DNA of 61,861 nt, filler included, from Globobulimina sp. (GCA_003354225.1; 28 parts of 28 records of this genome joined end to end with filler, not necessarily neighbours in it); one strand, 5' to 3'. Shown: positions 45,370 through 57,539, numbered from the whole stretch's first letter. Numbers and translations: made by a program. Notes: generated by a model not told the origin, from the sequence alone.

Positions 45370-45571
45370 TGACTCAGATAGGATTCAAACCTATATCTAT
45401 GTGGACTATACCAACAACATTTGGTTGTGTATTATATTTAAGGTGTTGGCAAACAAATTGCTTTTAAACTTGGTTTAGTTTAATTTTATCATATTGAGAA
45501 AAGGTTGGTTGTTGGGGGGGGACACAGCCGAAGCTGCAGACACACGCTCTATCAAATTGAGCTACTGAGTC
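45370..45571 (-). ncRNA. tRNA-like element with a 130-nt structured insert after CTGCAG ('maxi' copy 2)
   Basis: same acceptor and D stems as 31331; T arm ATAGG TTTGAAT CCTAT; long T-run about 12 nt downstream. Confidence 0.8.
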
Positions 45572-46190
45572 TTGTATATTGCTTGTGCTTAACATAATTA
45601 TTTGCGCTATATATGTTGCTATCGAATGGCACACAAATATTTATGGTATGCACAGTCGATCTGCTACATTCTCACTGTTAATATATTAAATTAATTATAA
45701 AATATGTAATATATATTTAATATTTGCAATTGATTCATTATAAAATAAAAATGTATTATAAATTAAATTAAAACGGATTGAGAAACGAATTTGATTGTTA
45801 TTGTTTACTATGAATACTAGTAGTACTAAATTGAGAGGCAGCAATATATGATATCAATATCATTGATATGAATGCGTACGTTGTGTAACTGTAACAACAA
45901 TAAAATTATATGTACATCATGAATTAATTCCATGTGGCTCCAGTTGAATGACGTCATTTTATTCTATGCTATTCATGTGAGCGATGAATATAATTAAGTT
46001 GAATGAGTCATGCCTTGCAAATTGGTTTGTGATTGTTTCTGATGTTTGAAGTGTGACTTAAGTGAAAACCTAGAAACATTACATTTTACTGCATTGGATG
46101 ACATTTAATAATTGTTTAATATTTGATTGCTTTATTGGTGGTGTTGAAAAACACCTGGTAAAAAATAAAAAAAGTAATTAATTTATTGAT

Positions 46191-46382
46191 TTATTGTGCA
46201 TATTTGTTGACTGCTTTGCTTGCCTCAGTTTCAGCATGTTTTGATAGCTCGCCTGGGAGTACTAATTTGCAGGCACACTGAACTGCTCTTGCGTCCATTG
46301 TGGCTTTTTTATTATATTTGACAATATTGGAGGCTTCGGCTGCGATCCGATCAAATGTGTCATGCACAAATCCATTCATTAC
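46191..46382 (-). CDS. H2B: histone H2B C-terminal part
   Basis: MNGFVHDTFDRIAAEAS...LVLPGELSKHA..EASKAV.KY. Confidence 0.92.
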   Translation of the reverse strand, partial: VMNGFVHDTFDRIAAEASNIVKYNKKATMDARAVQCACKLVLPGELSKHAETEASKAVNKYAQ

Positions 46383-46482
46383 NNNNNNNNNNNNNNNNNN
46401 NNNNNNNNNNNNNNNNNNNNNNNNNNTTAATTAATTAANNNNNNNNNNNNNNNNNNNNNNNNNNNNNNNNNNNNNNNNNNNN

Positions 46483-48183
46483 CAAATTCAAATAAATCTC
46501 GAAAAGGGAATTTTTCAAAGTTATGTACAACTTACCAAACTTTAAATCTCCAGGAAAAGATGGAGTAAATGGTTTTGTAACGAAAATGGCTTTGCCCATA
46601 ATTGGTGACATGCTATATAAAATTTTCAATCTGTCACTAAAAACTGGTATTTTCCCAGATGTTTGGAAGGAATCTGTTATTATCCCAATCCACAAGTCAG
46701 GATCTCTTGGTGAACCTGCAAACCACCGTCCTATCTCATTGCTCCCTCTATCTGGAAAAGCATTAGAAAGATTTGCCTATGAACAATTATACAACCATGT
46801 CATAAATTATGTGAATCCCCAGCAGTTTGGATTTTTACGAGGACGTTCAACTGAAACTGCAATTCTTAAAATTACAGATGCAATTTACTCAGCCATTCAA
46901 AGTAAACATCTTACATCATTGGTCCTTTTGGATATGTCTAGGGCGTTTGATTGCGTCAATCATGAAATTCTAATTGCCAAACTGGAGCAGTATGGAATTG
47001 CTGGCTCTGAACTCCTTTGGTTTAAGTCATACCTCTCAAATCGAAAACAAACTGTCAGAATGGGAACTCAGACATCACCACTTCTCCATGTATCGACGGG
47101 TGTACCCCAAGGGTCAGTTTTGGGCCCTTTGTTGTTCCTTATCTACATAAATGATTTGCCTAGAATAGTCAAGAATTGTGAATGTACTATGTTTGCCGAT
47201 GACATCCAACTTCGATTTGCTTTTCGCCCTGATAATGTACAAAATGCTTATGATCAAATTCAGTCAGACCTAAATGATATTGCTGTTTGGTGCATGAACA
47301 ATTGCCTAAAAATTAATTCTACCAAATCACAGGTGGTAACAGTTGGGACAAGCCAAAATCGGCGACTGTTAAACAATGTCCCAGATCTGACACTTTCAAA
47401 TGAAAGATTAATATGTGTACCTGAAGCCAAAAACCTTGGTGTGATATTTGACGAAAATATGAACTTTTTTGCGCATCTAAAATCTGTGTCAAAACGATGC
47501 AAAAGTGACTTATTTGCAATAAGCCGTGTAAAGGACTGTATACCTCGAAAAATTCTTATTCAAACAATTGAAACAACTGTCTTTTCGAAACTATATTATG
47601 CTGCCTCTGTAATCCATGCAGCTCCTGTGTCATATGTGGATCAAACCATGCTTCGAGTGGTTAATTATGCAGCAAAAATGGTTTACGGCCTTAGAAAATA
47701 TGATCATGCCACTGAATGTAGAAACAAACTTCATTGGAAAGATGCCACAACTGAACTCAAATATCGAACCCAACTGATGGCCTATAAATTATTTATCGAT
47801 CATAATCCAGTCGGACAATTGACTTTCAGCAATTGCAGGCGTTCAAGCCGATTGAACCGAGTACCGAAATTTGAGATACCATCCTTCACAACTGGTGCAG
47901 CCAAAAGAGCATTCAGTTACAGAGCTCCATTATTGTTAAATGAACTTTGTGAAATTTTAGATGTAAACTGTTCCTCGCCCATATGCTATTCCAAATTTAA
48001 ATCACCATTGAAAAGGTTTTATGACAGTTAATTTTATTCTAGTCTTATAATTTTGGTATGTAACTGTATATGTATATGTAATGTGTCACTTCCCTTGTGT
48101 CATGATTCATTATTCTCATAATTAACCATGTGACTAGTTAACGCTATATCACTTGGGAAGTATAAAACTTGAAACTTAAACTT
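46483..48183 (+). mobile_element. non-LTR retrotransposon (CR1/L2 group) 3' half: RT ORF 46523-48031, 3' UTR and AAACTT(G) tail
   Basis: HRPISLL, QFGF, LDMSRAFD, GVPQGSVLGPLLFLIYINDL, FADD, KNLGV; in-frame TAA at 46493-46495 suggests an inactive copy. Confidence 0.93.
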
Positions 48184-48364
48184 GTGGCCATTCTGGTCGT
48201 GATCAAAGTGTGGTTATTCTGGTCATGATCATAGTGTGGTCATTCTGGTCATGATCATAGTGTGGTCATTCTGGTCATGATCAAAATGTGGTCATTATTG
48301 TCATGATCAAAGTGTGGTCATTCTGGTCATGATCATAGTGCGGTCATTCTGGTCATGATCATAG
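48183..48364. repeat. 26-nt minisatellite, 7 copies
   Basis: TGTGGTCATTCTGGTCATGATCATAG. Confidence 0.95.
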
Positions 48365-48374
48365 TGTACATATG

Positions 48375-48490
48375 TTATAACATAACATAAACATAAACAT
48401 AACATAACATAACATAACATAACATAACATAACATATGTTATAATATAACATAACATAAACATAAACATAACATAACATATGTTATAATA
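48375..48490. repeat. (CATAA)n microsatellite
   Basis: visible directly. Confidence 0.9.
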
Positions 48491-48696
48491 CCAGGGGAAA
48501 AATGCCCTTCGGGCATGTAAACCGGTAGATATGTGGGTTTCGTCCTACTTTCCAGTGGTGTAACAGAAAGGGACAAGAGGAAACTACCTCGATTNNNNNN
48601 NNNNNNNNNNNNNNNNNNNNNNNNNNNNNNNNNNNNNNTTAATTAATTAANNNNNNNNNNNNNNNNNNNNNNNNNNNNNNNNNNNNNNNNNNNNTC

Positions 48697-50376
48697 AGCA
48701 ATTTACAATGCATAGCCATGGATGATTATGATTTTAACCAATTATTATTAGATGAAAAGGAGCAAGAAAAGGAAATAAATTTAATATTTGCAATATCCAC
48801 CTGTGGTCAAGGCGAATTGCCGAAAAATTGTCAATATTTTATGAAGGAATTATTAGACGCAAAATTAAGAGGAAAAAAATTGTCAGCTGGCATAAAATAT
48901 GCTGTCTTTGGTTTGGGTGATAGTTCGTATGTTTATTTCAATGAAGCCGCCAAGATATTAGACACTACAATGCACGAATTGGGTGCCCATAAATTGATTG
49001 ATGTTGGAATGGGCGATGATTGTGATGAGGATGGCTATGACCAACAATATGAGGAATGGATGCCGCCTCTCTACAATGAATTGCAATGTGATGAGGCCTC
49101 TGGCGAATTGATGGAGTCCATCATTAAAAGCGAGATATTGAGCGGTGAGACAGCGACGGGTTATGTACCAAGCGATTGTGTGCAGGAACCAATTAAATTA
49201 CTAACAAATAAAAGAATGACGCGTCCGGAGTATGATCGCGATTTCCGTCATTATGAATTTGACATTCGTGATAATGCAGAGCTTGCCTTTGATGTCGGTG
49301 ATTGTTTGGGCATTTCGCCCGTAAATGACTTTGAATATGTCAATAAATTGTGTGATATGTACAATGTCAAAAGTGATAATGTTATAAAAATTATGCCAGT
49401 GGAGAGTGATAAGAGTGATAATGTAGCGACGAGTATGAATGTAATTGATTTATTTTCGCGGAAATTAGATATTTTGGGTAAACCCAAAAGACGCTTTTAT
49501 GAGTTATTAGCAATGACTGCGACCAACGAAGAAGAAAAATCGTATTTAAATTATCTATTATCAAATGATGGAAATGAAGAATTAAAAAAATTAAAATTCA
49601 AAGATACACCAAATTATATCGATTTATTATCTAAATTTAAGTCTTGTCGACCATCGCTAAATTATGTAATTGAATATATCCCAGAATTAAAACAGAGGCT
49701 GTACTCAATTGCAAATTCGCCGGCAATGTATCCTGATCAAATTGATTTGTTCGTAGTGAAAGACGATTGGCACACAGAGAGCGAGAATATTTATAAGGAA
49801 GGGGTTTGTACCAAATACTTGGAGAATTTGGATGTAAATGGACAGAGTCCGGGTCAGAGTGTGTATGGTAAGATCCATGGCGCCTCGGTGAATATATCGG
49901 AGAGCCATGGCGTCCCGTTGGTATTAACGGGCTTAGGCTCTGGTTTAGCGCCGCTACGCTCTCATGTTCAAGATCGTGTTTATGCTGCCTCTAAAGGCGA
50001 GGTTGTTGGTGAAATGGCATTGATATTTGGTTCCCGCAATAAAAAAGACGAATATTTTTATCAGGATGAGTTTGAAGATTATCATAAAAATGGAAAAGGT
50101 GTTTTAACCCATTTATTGCCCGCATTATCAAGAGATACGGACAAAAAATATGATGTTACAAAAAGAATAGAAGAAAATGCAAAAATGATTTATGATTATT
50201 TAGTAAATAAAAATGGTTATTTTTATTATTGTGGCCAAGGCGGAGCTGTACCAACAAATATTAAAAAAGAAGTGATTAATGCTTTTGTAAAACATGGAAG
50301 TATGAATCAAGAACAAGCCCAACAAAAAGTTGTGGAAATGCAATTGAGTGGACATTATAACATTGAAGCATGGTAA
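48697..50376 (+). CDS. diflavin (CPR-type) reductase, likely the C-terminal module of pyruvate:NADP+ oxidoreductase; 5'-partial
   Basis: STCGQGELP.N, FGLGDSSY, RLYSIA, GVCT.YL, GSGLAP, YYCG; C-terminus YNIEAW. Confidence 0.82.
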   Translation, partial: SNLQCIAMDDYDFNQLLLDEKEQEKEINLIFAISTCGQGELPKNCQYFMKELLDAKLRGKKLSAGIKYAVFGLGDSSYVYFNEAAKILDTTMHELGAHKLIDVGMGDDCDEDGYDQQYEEWMPPLYNELQCDEASGELMESIIKSEILSGETATGYVPSDCVQEPIKLLTNKRMTRPEYDRDFRHYEFDIRDNAELAFDVGDCLGISPVNDFEYVNKLCDMYNVKSDNVIKIMPVESDKSDNVATSMNVIDLFSRKLDILGKPKRRFYELLAMTATNEEEKSYLNYLLSNDGNEELKKLKFKDTPNYIDLLSKFKSCRPSLNYVIEYIPELKQRLYSIANSPAMYPDQIDLFVVKDDWHTESENIYKEGVCTKYLENLDVNGQSPGQSVYGKIHGASVNISESHGVPLVLTGLGSGLAPLRSHVQDRVYAASKGEVVGEMALIFGSRNKKDEYFYQDEFEDYHKNGKGVLTHLLPALSRDTDKKYDVTKRIEENAKMIYDYLVNKNGYFYYCGQGGAVPTNIKKEVINAFVKHGSMNQEQAQQKVVEMQLSGHYNIEAW

Positions 50377-51222
50377 ATTTGTAAATATAAATATATTTTA
50401 TTATTTATTCTTAGTTTTGTAATATAGGATTTTGTCGCGTTATATTACGCAATTTAGGTTTGTGTTGCTGGCTTTTTATACAAGCTTAGACAGAACCACA
50501 TTTACTTTTTTTTTAATTCATTTTCCGTTCGAATTAAAGTTTGCAATTAGGGATCAACACTAACTCTGTCGTTTGAGATTTGCTGCAAATAAACGTGGAA
50601 GGGGGTGGCAAAAAAGTTTTGAAGTTTTTGTAAAGAAACTTGAAAACACGATATAAATTGCTACACAGGCAATTTAAAGATAATTTAACCCCTTTCAAAA
50701 AACGTAATATCATAAATTAGACAGATAAATCATATGTAAAGCATTGAATTGTGAGTGTATATCCAGTGTAATTGTTTTTTTTCTCTCTAATATTCGGTTT
50801 TGTTGTNNNNNNNNNNNNNNNNNNNNNNNNNNNNNNNNNNNNNNNNNNNNTTAATTAATTAANNNNNNNNNNNNNNNNNNNNNNNNNNNNNNNNNNNNNN
50901 NNNNNNCATTTTCATTACCATTTCCATTGTCACGAAAATTTAATGAAATTTTCACCTAATTACGTGTAAATCCATGAAATAATTTGATAATAACTATATT
51001 TTTTTCATTTTCATTTTCATTGCCATTTCCATTACCACGTAAATAAGGCATGTAATTAACGTATATTTCTATGTATATAAAGCTTTCAATTGCATTCAAA
51101 AGTGATCATTCAAAAAAATAAAGATGAAAAAAAAAAAAAAACTTCACTTAAACAATCTATGATCTTGCATCATGAGCTAACTACCTACTTACATTAATTT
51201 AAACAATCTATGATATTGCATC

Positions 51223-52077
51223 ATGAGCCAACAACTACTTACATTAATACAAAATCGAAAAAAAAATGCAATTAAAGAAGCGCATGCATGGAAAACTGGA
51301 GTTGAAGACACATCTATATCATGTTGGCCACAAGTAGCAATTAGCCATTTTATTCAAGCAAATGGATATATTGAAAATATTGATAGATTACAAAAGGCGG
51401 AAGATGCAATTATTATAAAACTAAATCGGGCGAGATTATATGAATCAGATTCAGATTCAGATTCAGAGAATAATAAACAGCCAAAGAAACAAAGACCACC
51501 AAATAAATCAACACCACCAAATAAACAGTCAAAGAAACCAACACTACCAAATAAACAATCAAAGAAACCAAGATCACCAAATAAACCAAGATCTCAACGC
51601 ATTAAATTAATTTTAAATACAAATAAAAATAAAAATAATAAAACTACACTTAAACAAAGAGCAATTAAATGGAAATTAAATAAATCAAATGGAGTTATAG
51701 TTCATAAAAAAAAAAGACTTACAAAACGTGAATTTAAATTAAAATTGTTTGAAAGTAAATTTAAAGTAAAAGATACCAATCAATTATATTGGTATGATGA
51801 TCACAAAAAAGTGTTTGCTGAATTAAAACAATTATTATATACACCAAAATGTGAACCAATTATTGATAAATTCCCAACAAACCGTTTACGCGATATTCTT
51901 TCTTTTGTACGATATCCTCATTGTAAGTATGGTGATCCTGTAAGTATGCGATGTAAGTTAAAGGGATTTGTTAAAGAAGTAAGGGAAACCCTTGGAATTG
52001 AAGCGGTGAGACATGATATGAAACCATTTTCATTTAGACAAATCTATAAAAACATTGATTATTTACGTGAAACTTGA
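51223..52077 (+). CDS. basic hypothetical protein with PNKQSKKP repeats
   Basis: 284-aa intronless AT-rich ORF. Confidence 0.55.
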   Translation: MSQQLLTLIQNRKKNAIKEAHAWKTGVEDTSISCWPQVAISHFIQANGYIENIDRLQKAEDAIIIKLNRARLYESDSDSDSENNKQPKKQRPPNKSTPPNKQSKKPTLPNKQSKKPRSPNKPRSQRIKLILNTNKNKNNKTTLKQRAIKWKLNKSNGVIVHKKKRLTKREFKLKLFESKFKVKDTNQLYWYDDHKKVFAELKQLLYTPKCEPIIDKFPTNRLRDILSFVRYPHCKYGDPVSMRCKLKGFVKEVRETLGIEAVRHDMKPFSFRQIYKNIDYLRET

Positions 52078-52323
52078 ATATAAATATTAATCTAATATAA
52101 TCTAATCTAATTTATTTTATTTTTTCATTTATTAATTATTAATTGTATGTTATTTTAATTTTTTTTTTCTTAATTACTTTCTTTTATACGTTGTCGTGAA
52201 TATAATCGTTTAATATTTATGTTACGTAATCCGGAGTGTTATAATCTAATTTGACGAATATTTCTAGCTTTGTGGATTAGGTTTTTACAGCAACATTTTT
52301 CAGCAAACTCTGTTCAATCAGAC

Positions 52324-53017
52324 ATGGAGCTCACAAGATCTGAATGTGAATTTTATTATTCAAAAGAACGTTATATAGCATCACAAAGATATAACAGAGA
52401 TTATAAACCAATAATTATGTTAAATGTAAAGGATAGTGAAAATGTAACAATTCAAGGACTAGTATCGAATATTACACTCCCTGAAAATAAATTTGGTTTT
52501 ACTTTATGTGATATTGAGGGAACATGTAAGGGTCAAAATTGTTGCAGAAATTCAATTTATGTAGAAATGTCTTTGGATAGATATAATAACAAATCATTTC
52601 TTTGGTATATTGATGATGGTGATTTTATTGATATAATTAATCCACAAATTGTGTCAGAAGATGTATCAATGAAACACAAATGCGGAGAAAGATATTTACG
52701 CCAAGACAAATATTCGATGCATTCATATAAAGCGAATATTAATAACAATTCATATTTTCAACTCAAATCAGATTTACATTGTTTTAAACGAAAAATTTTA
52801 TGTATTGATAATTCAGCGTATAGAAATTATGAATATAATTATGAATATAAAAGAGCGTATAGACCATTCTCACAGCGACCTATTTCTCGATATTATGCAT
52901 TTCGAAATTTCAAAATAATAAGTAATAAAGGAAAAAAACATTGGACAGTGCAGACAAGAAAAGCATCACAACGTAAAAGAAAAATGTGTATGTTATATGA
53001 AAATATGCAAAAATGTA
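52324..53017 (+). CDS. hypothetical protein, possible OB fold, 3'-partial
   Basis: long open frame; VTIQGLVSNI...FTLCD...GDFIDI pattern. Confidence 0.45.
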
Positions 53018-53117
53018 NNNNNNNNNNNNNNNNNNNNNNNNNNNNNNNNNNNNNNNNNNNNTTAATTAATTAANNNNNNNNNNNNNNNNNNNNNNNNNNN
53101 NNNNNNNNNNNNNNNNN

Positions 53118-53707
53118 ATGTTGGTGCAAGGTCTTGACAGGCTCCATTTACATCATATGTTTGACGGGTGATCCTGCTCTGATCGCCAGCATCACAGCCG
53201 GACGGGTCAATATTTACATAGGTGGTCCATTTAAATAAACATTCGCCGGTAACATTGGCACAATTAAAGTCTGCATCTGTCGAATTGTATGTTGTTACTA
53301 ATTGGCAGCCGCTTTGACAGGTTATGTCGCCTAAACAGAAATATTTATCTACAAATTCGTTATTAACGTCGCATTCATAAAACCAAGTTACTTGGCCATG
53401 GAAGGGAGCGCCGGTATCCACTATTGTTGCTGAATCAGAATTGTTGGAATATACTTGATAATAATTGCAATAATCTGTTGGTGATTTCATATTGATCGCG
53501 TACCACCCTTTTTTTTGTTGTTTTTGTTGTTTTTTTGCGGCAGAAATTTGACACAGAGTTAATATATTTTTTCAAAAACATACCAATGAATGTGCCATCA
53601 TCCGGATCCGCATCATGGATATAATTACAATTTGCTAATGTATCGGCTTGACGTGAAGCTAAAGCACCAGATACAAATATTAATATAAATGTAGCTAATT
53701 TCCACAT
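53118..53707 (-). CDS. secreted Cys-rich protein, intron 53508-53583, 3'-partial
   Basis: signal peptide MWKLATFILIFVSGALA; 76-nt GT-AG intron joins the two ORFs. Confidence 0.75.
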
Positions 53708-53939
53708 TTTTTTGATATCAATTCCTTTTTTTTATAATTTTTGTAAGTAATCAAAGGTTTGTGTTGTTCATGTGACAGTACCTCTGTATGAATGTACTGA
53801 CGCGACTGTTTTTGTATTTAGGATTTATTTTATTGTACGGTTGTTTCGCATTAACTGCCGCGGATATAAGGTTTTTTAGTTTAATACTTTAAACTTTTCT
53901 TGAATTTTCCATTTTTCCCATCCAACCCAAGAAGCCAAA

Positions 53940-55109
53940 ATGAGATTAATTGTGTTATCCGGTCATGAAAGAAAAATGACCAAAGCCAAGTTCAACCGTG
54001 ATGATGATTTGGTGTTTACAGCAGCAGCAGATAATACTGTCTGTGTTTGGGATTCCGAGACCGGGGAAAGGTTAGGAACCTATGATGGTCATACCGGCGC
54101 AGTCTTTGATTTCGACATTGATTTCCAATCCAAATTTTTATTAACCGGTTCCGGTGATTCATCAGTTCGATTATGGGAAATATCCACCGGTAAAACCTTA
54201 CAAAGATTTGAGACCCCCGTACGCGTAAACTCCGTGCAATGGGCCTGCGGCGATCGACAATTCTTAGCCACTTCGCCACAATTTTTGAAAACACATTCTT
54301 GTGTTCATATTTATAAAAATCCGCACTCGAAACAGTTCGGTGTGGCGGAAGAGACCGATGATATAAAACAAAACAAACCGATGAAAAGCATCGATATTCG
54401 CAATGATTTGAATGAATTAAATTTTGGTATTACCAAAGGAGTTTGGTCGCCGTTAAACGATCAAATCTTTGCGTTATGCACAGATAATTCGATACGAATT
54501 ATTGATGTTGAAAAAGGCAAACAAATCAAGAAAGTGACATTTGCCAAAAAGATCGAAGAAGAAATGAAATTGGACAGTGAAGTTGGACGAGAAATGACTG
54601 ATTTTCGGTATTGCAATGATTATTGTTCTGCGGTGTTGTGTTCCCGCAGCAAATATGCAAAAGTTAACTATTAAAATATATCCTTGCACTTATTTGTGAC
54701 TGTTTGTGTGTTGGTTTGTCAGTTGTATGATATCCATCGTTGGGATGAAGCAATGTGTGTTTATAAATGCGACCGCGCATTAAATACAGTGGCCATTCAT
54801 CCTAAAATGGACATGTTGGCAATGGGCGGTGGTAAGACAGCACAGCAGGCGGCTTTGGATAAACGGAATGGCAAATATGAGGCCATATTTTATCATAAAA
54901 TATTTGAGGAACAGATAGGGAAAATAGAGACAGATTGTTTTTCGCCGTTGAATAGTATGGATTGGAACAGTGATGGATCGCAAATAGTGTTAGGATATGA
55001 GGAAGGACAGGCGAGGTTATTTAGTATGGATTGCGATTTTGAGAAACAGTTTCATAAAAGGTCGAGACAATTCACATCTATACAGAAAGATGAATCTGAC
55101 TCTGATTGA
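53940..55109 (+). CDS. EIF3I: translation initiation factor 3 subunit I (WD40), intron 54663-54722
   Basis: LSGHER..T..KFNR.DDL.F, GERLGTYDGHTGAV, FYHKIFEEQIG, PLN. Confidence 0.9.
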
Positions 55110-55744
55110 GATTGAATTATTTTGATTACGAATGTGAGTGTGTTAATCGCTTTATTTTTAGATTAATATCAGACCACGAAGGTAAAAACTAAAAAAGCAG
55201 AAACTCAATTCACTTGTCGGCCTTTTTGNNNNNNNNNNNNNNNNNNNNNNNNNNNNNNNNNNNNNNNNNNNNTTAATTAATTAANNNNNNNNNNNNNNNN
55301 NNNNNNNNNNNNNNNNNNNNNNNNNNNNATACCGGAAATATTTTTGATTTTTTAAAATATGCATATGTATTATTTGTTTTTTTTTTGTTTGTTTTTACAA
55401 AAATCACATCGTTTTGTTGTGTTACTTTTGTATATAATTCCACCATTTTTCCATTTTTTTCCATTTATGTTTTTGTTGATTCACGTTGATTAAATTTGTT
55501 TTGTTTGTGTCTGAAAGTCTATCGGTCAAATCCTTGCACAAAAAGTTGATGCTAAAACAAGAATATTAAAACGATCGTAAAACAAGAATATATCAATATA
55601 ACAAAACAAAAAATACTTGAAAAGTTTTCACAGAAAACAAAAGAAAAAGGTTCTCACAGAAAACAAAAAACGTTTTATACTAAATCATTATTGGTTGTAC
55701 ATGGTGCAGCAGCAGCAGATGACCCTTGTTCTATGTTAGGTGTT

Positions 55745-56653
55745 TCATAAAAATGTGATATTATCGATATCATCACTTGTTAGCGCAACGCCTTTGTCTC
55801 TCTCTGTCTCATTGATAATTTCATCATTACATACATTATTAATAAATGCATTTGCATATACAACTTGTACTGCATTACCATTACCCTCCAATTGATTGGT
55901 TTCTTCATCACCCTCATCCTGCATATTTCCATGATCTCCATCATTACAATCAGCAGCTCCCGGTTCACTAAAACTTGCCACTCTCATTAATTTATTCCGA
56001 TCTGCATCAGAAATGGAACTCAGTTGGCCTACACTGGCTGCAGCTGCTGGAGCTTCCATTGTTTGTATCATTATTGAGCTGTTTCCCCCTTTTTTGAGGC
56101 AATATGCACCGTTTAATAAGCAGATAATTAACAATAATATAACCACCACAGCAACAATGATCAATATCAACACCAACTTCTCTTCAAATCGGCTATTTTT
56201 TGTCTCTTCTGTCTGTGGTCCTGCTTCATCATCAACGAGAGATACATCTATATCATAACCATCGCCATATTCGCCTGCCACTGCTTCCTCCACTTTGTCA
56301 TTAATAACATCCACATCCAAATCTACTCTACTTTCTACACTCACCAATACAGTGATTGTTTCCCCATAATTGAATGCAAAATTGGAGACAGTCGCATTGG
56401 TGGGAGGTCTCATCCCATCACCTCCAACATAAAAATTCCATTTACTCATTAAATCTGCAGAGGTACTATTATATGCTGTATGTGTCGCATTCAATAATTC
56501 CACACCATCCGCCTCAAAATACACATAACATTGTGTACAGCGGAAATATATATGTGTTGTTTGCTCGACAGGCAAAATGTAGGAAGGTGGGTTGCCTGCA
56601 AAATCATATTCGAATCTATTTGAGGCAGGATTCGAAACATCTGTCCAACTCAA
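55745..56653 (-). CDS. C-terminal part of a type I membrane protein
   Basis: long TM helix LVLILIIVAVVVILLLIICLL and an acidic tail. Confidence 0.65.
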   Translation of the reverse strand: MSWTDVSNPASNRFEYDFAGNPPSYILPVEQTTHIYFRCTQCYVYFEADGVELLNATHTAYNSTSADLMSKWNFYVGGDGMRPPTNATVSNFAFNYGETITVLVSVESRVDLDVDVINDKVEEAVAGEYGDGYDIDVSLVDDEAGPQTEETKNSRFEEKLVLILIIVAVVVILLLIICLLNGAYCLKKGGNSSIMIQTMEAPAAAASVGQLSSISDADRNKLMRVASFSEPGAADCNDGDHGNMQDEGDEETNQLEGNGNAVQVVYANAFINNVCNDEIINETERDKGVALTSDDIDNITFL

Positions 56654-56665
56654 TCCTATTTGCCC

Positions 56666-56722
56666 AGAATGCAGAATGCAGAATTCAGAATGCAGAAGAG
56701 AATGCAGAATTCAAAAATGCCA
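56666..56722. repeat. CAGAAT(G/T) heptamer repeat
   Basis: visible directly; related TCAGAA-rich tracts at 57208-57250, 19933-20002 and 10869-10888. Confidence 0.6.
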
Positions 56723-57539
56723 AATCGAATTTCTCGAATGCCATACAACAATAATTTATTAATTCTCGTATCAGCCTAATCAGCGCAACCTGCATTGTTC
56801 TTTTTTTTCTTTTTCCGATGGAAAATTGAAAATAATGTCCAGTGAAGTAATGTATTATCATATGATTTCCATATGAAATATTATGTTTTTTAAAATTTTT
56901 TCAATATTTGTTTCGTGTGTGGTCCAAAATTCTTTTTGTTTCCGGGGGGGGGGGGTTCCAGAGCTCGTTCATCTTTGCGAATGGTAACAATGATTCGCAA
57001 AATGGTGTTGAGAGAATAGGTTCCATTTTTTTCCAAGCAATATCTAATGCAGTCCAATATGTTGAATTTGAATCATTAATCGAGTTTTCTAATTTTTCAT
57101 ATAATTCCCATGCTTCGAGAAGCCATATATCTGCCATTTAATTGTGCAGAGTGCAGAGCAATGTCTAATTTTAGAATTATAAAAATATAAAATATGTGTC
57201 ATAATTCTTCAGAATATCATCATAATCAGATCAGAAATTCAGAATTCAAATTCTCCGTTTGGATGAGATAATTAATGTAAGCTGTTGGTGAGGCGACAGG
57301 TTTTTTGCTGTAAACACACAAAAAAGCAAATCCGATATGCGTGCAGTGGTTGCGACTGCCAAAAGTGATGATGGGATATCAACCATAATAAGCAAAGACA
57401 AGCAACCAACCGCAAAACTAACTAAGTCAGACTCCGCAANNNNNNNNNNNNNNNNNNNNNNNNNNNNNNNNNNNNNNNNNNNNTTAATTAATTAANNNNN
57501 NNNNNNNNNNNNNNNNNNNNNNNNNNNNNNNNNNNNNNN

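Noticed and set aside
46191-48031. H2B next to RT, TopoII next to NOL10, and other cross-linker neighbourhoods as gene clusters
   Set aside because: Different contigs ordered only by length
48183-48364. CRISPR or RT-associated array (retron/DGR-like) beside the reverse transcriptase
   Set aside because: Head-to-tail 26-mers without spacers; the RT is a typical LINE enzyme with its own 3' tail
48520-48570. Hammerhead ribozyme (GGACGAAAC on the minus strand)
   Set aside because: No CTGATGA core at the required position
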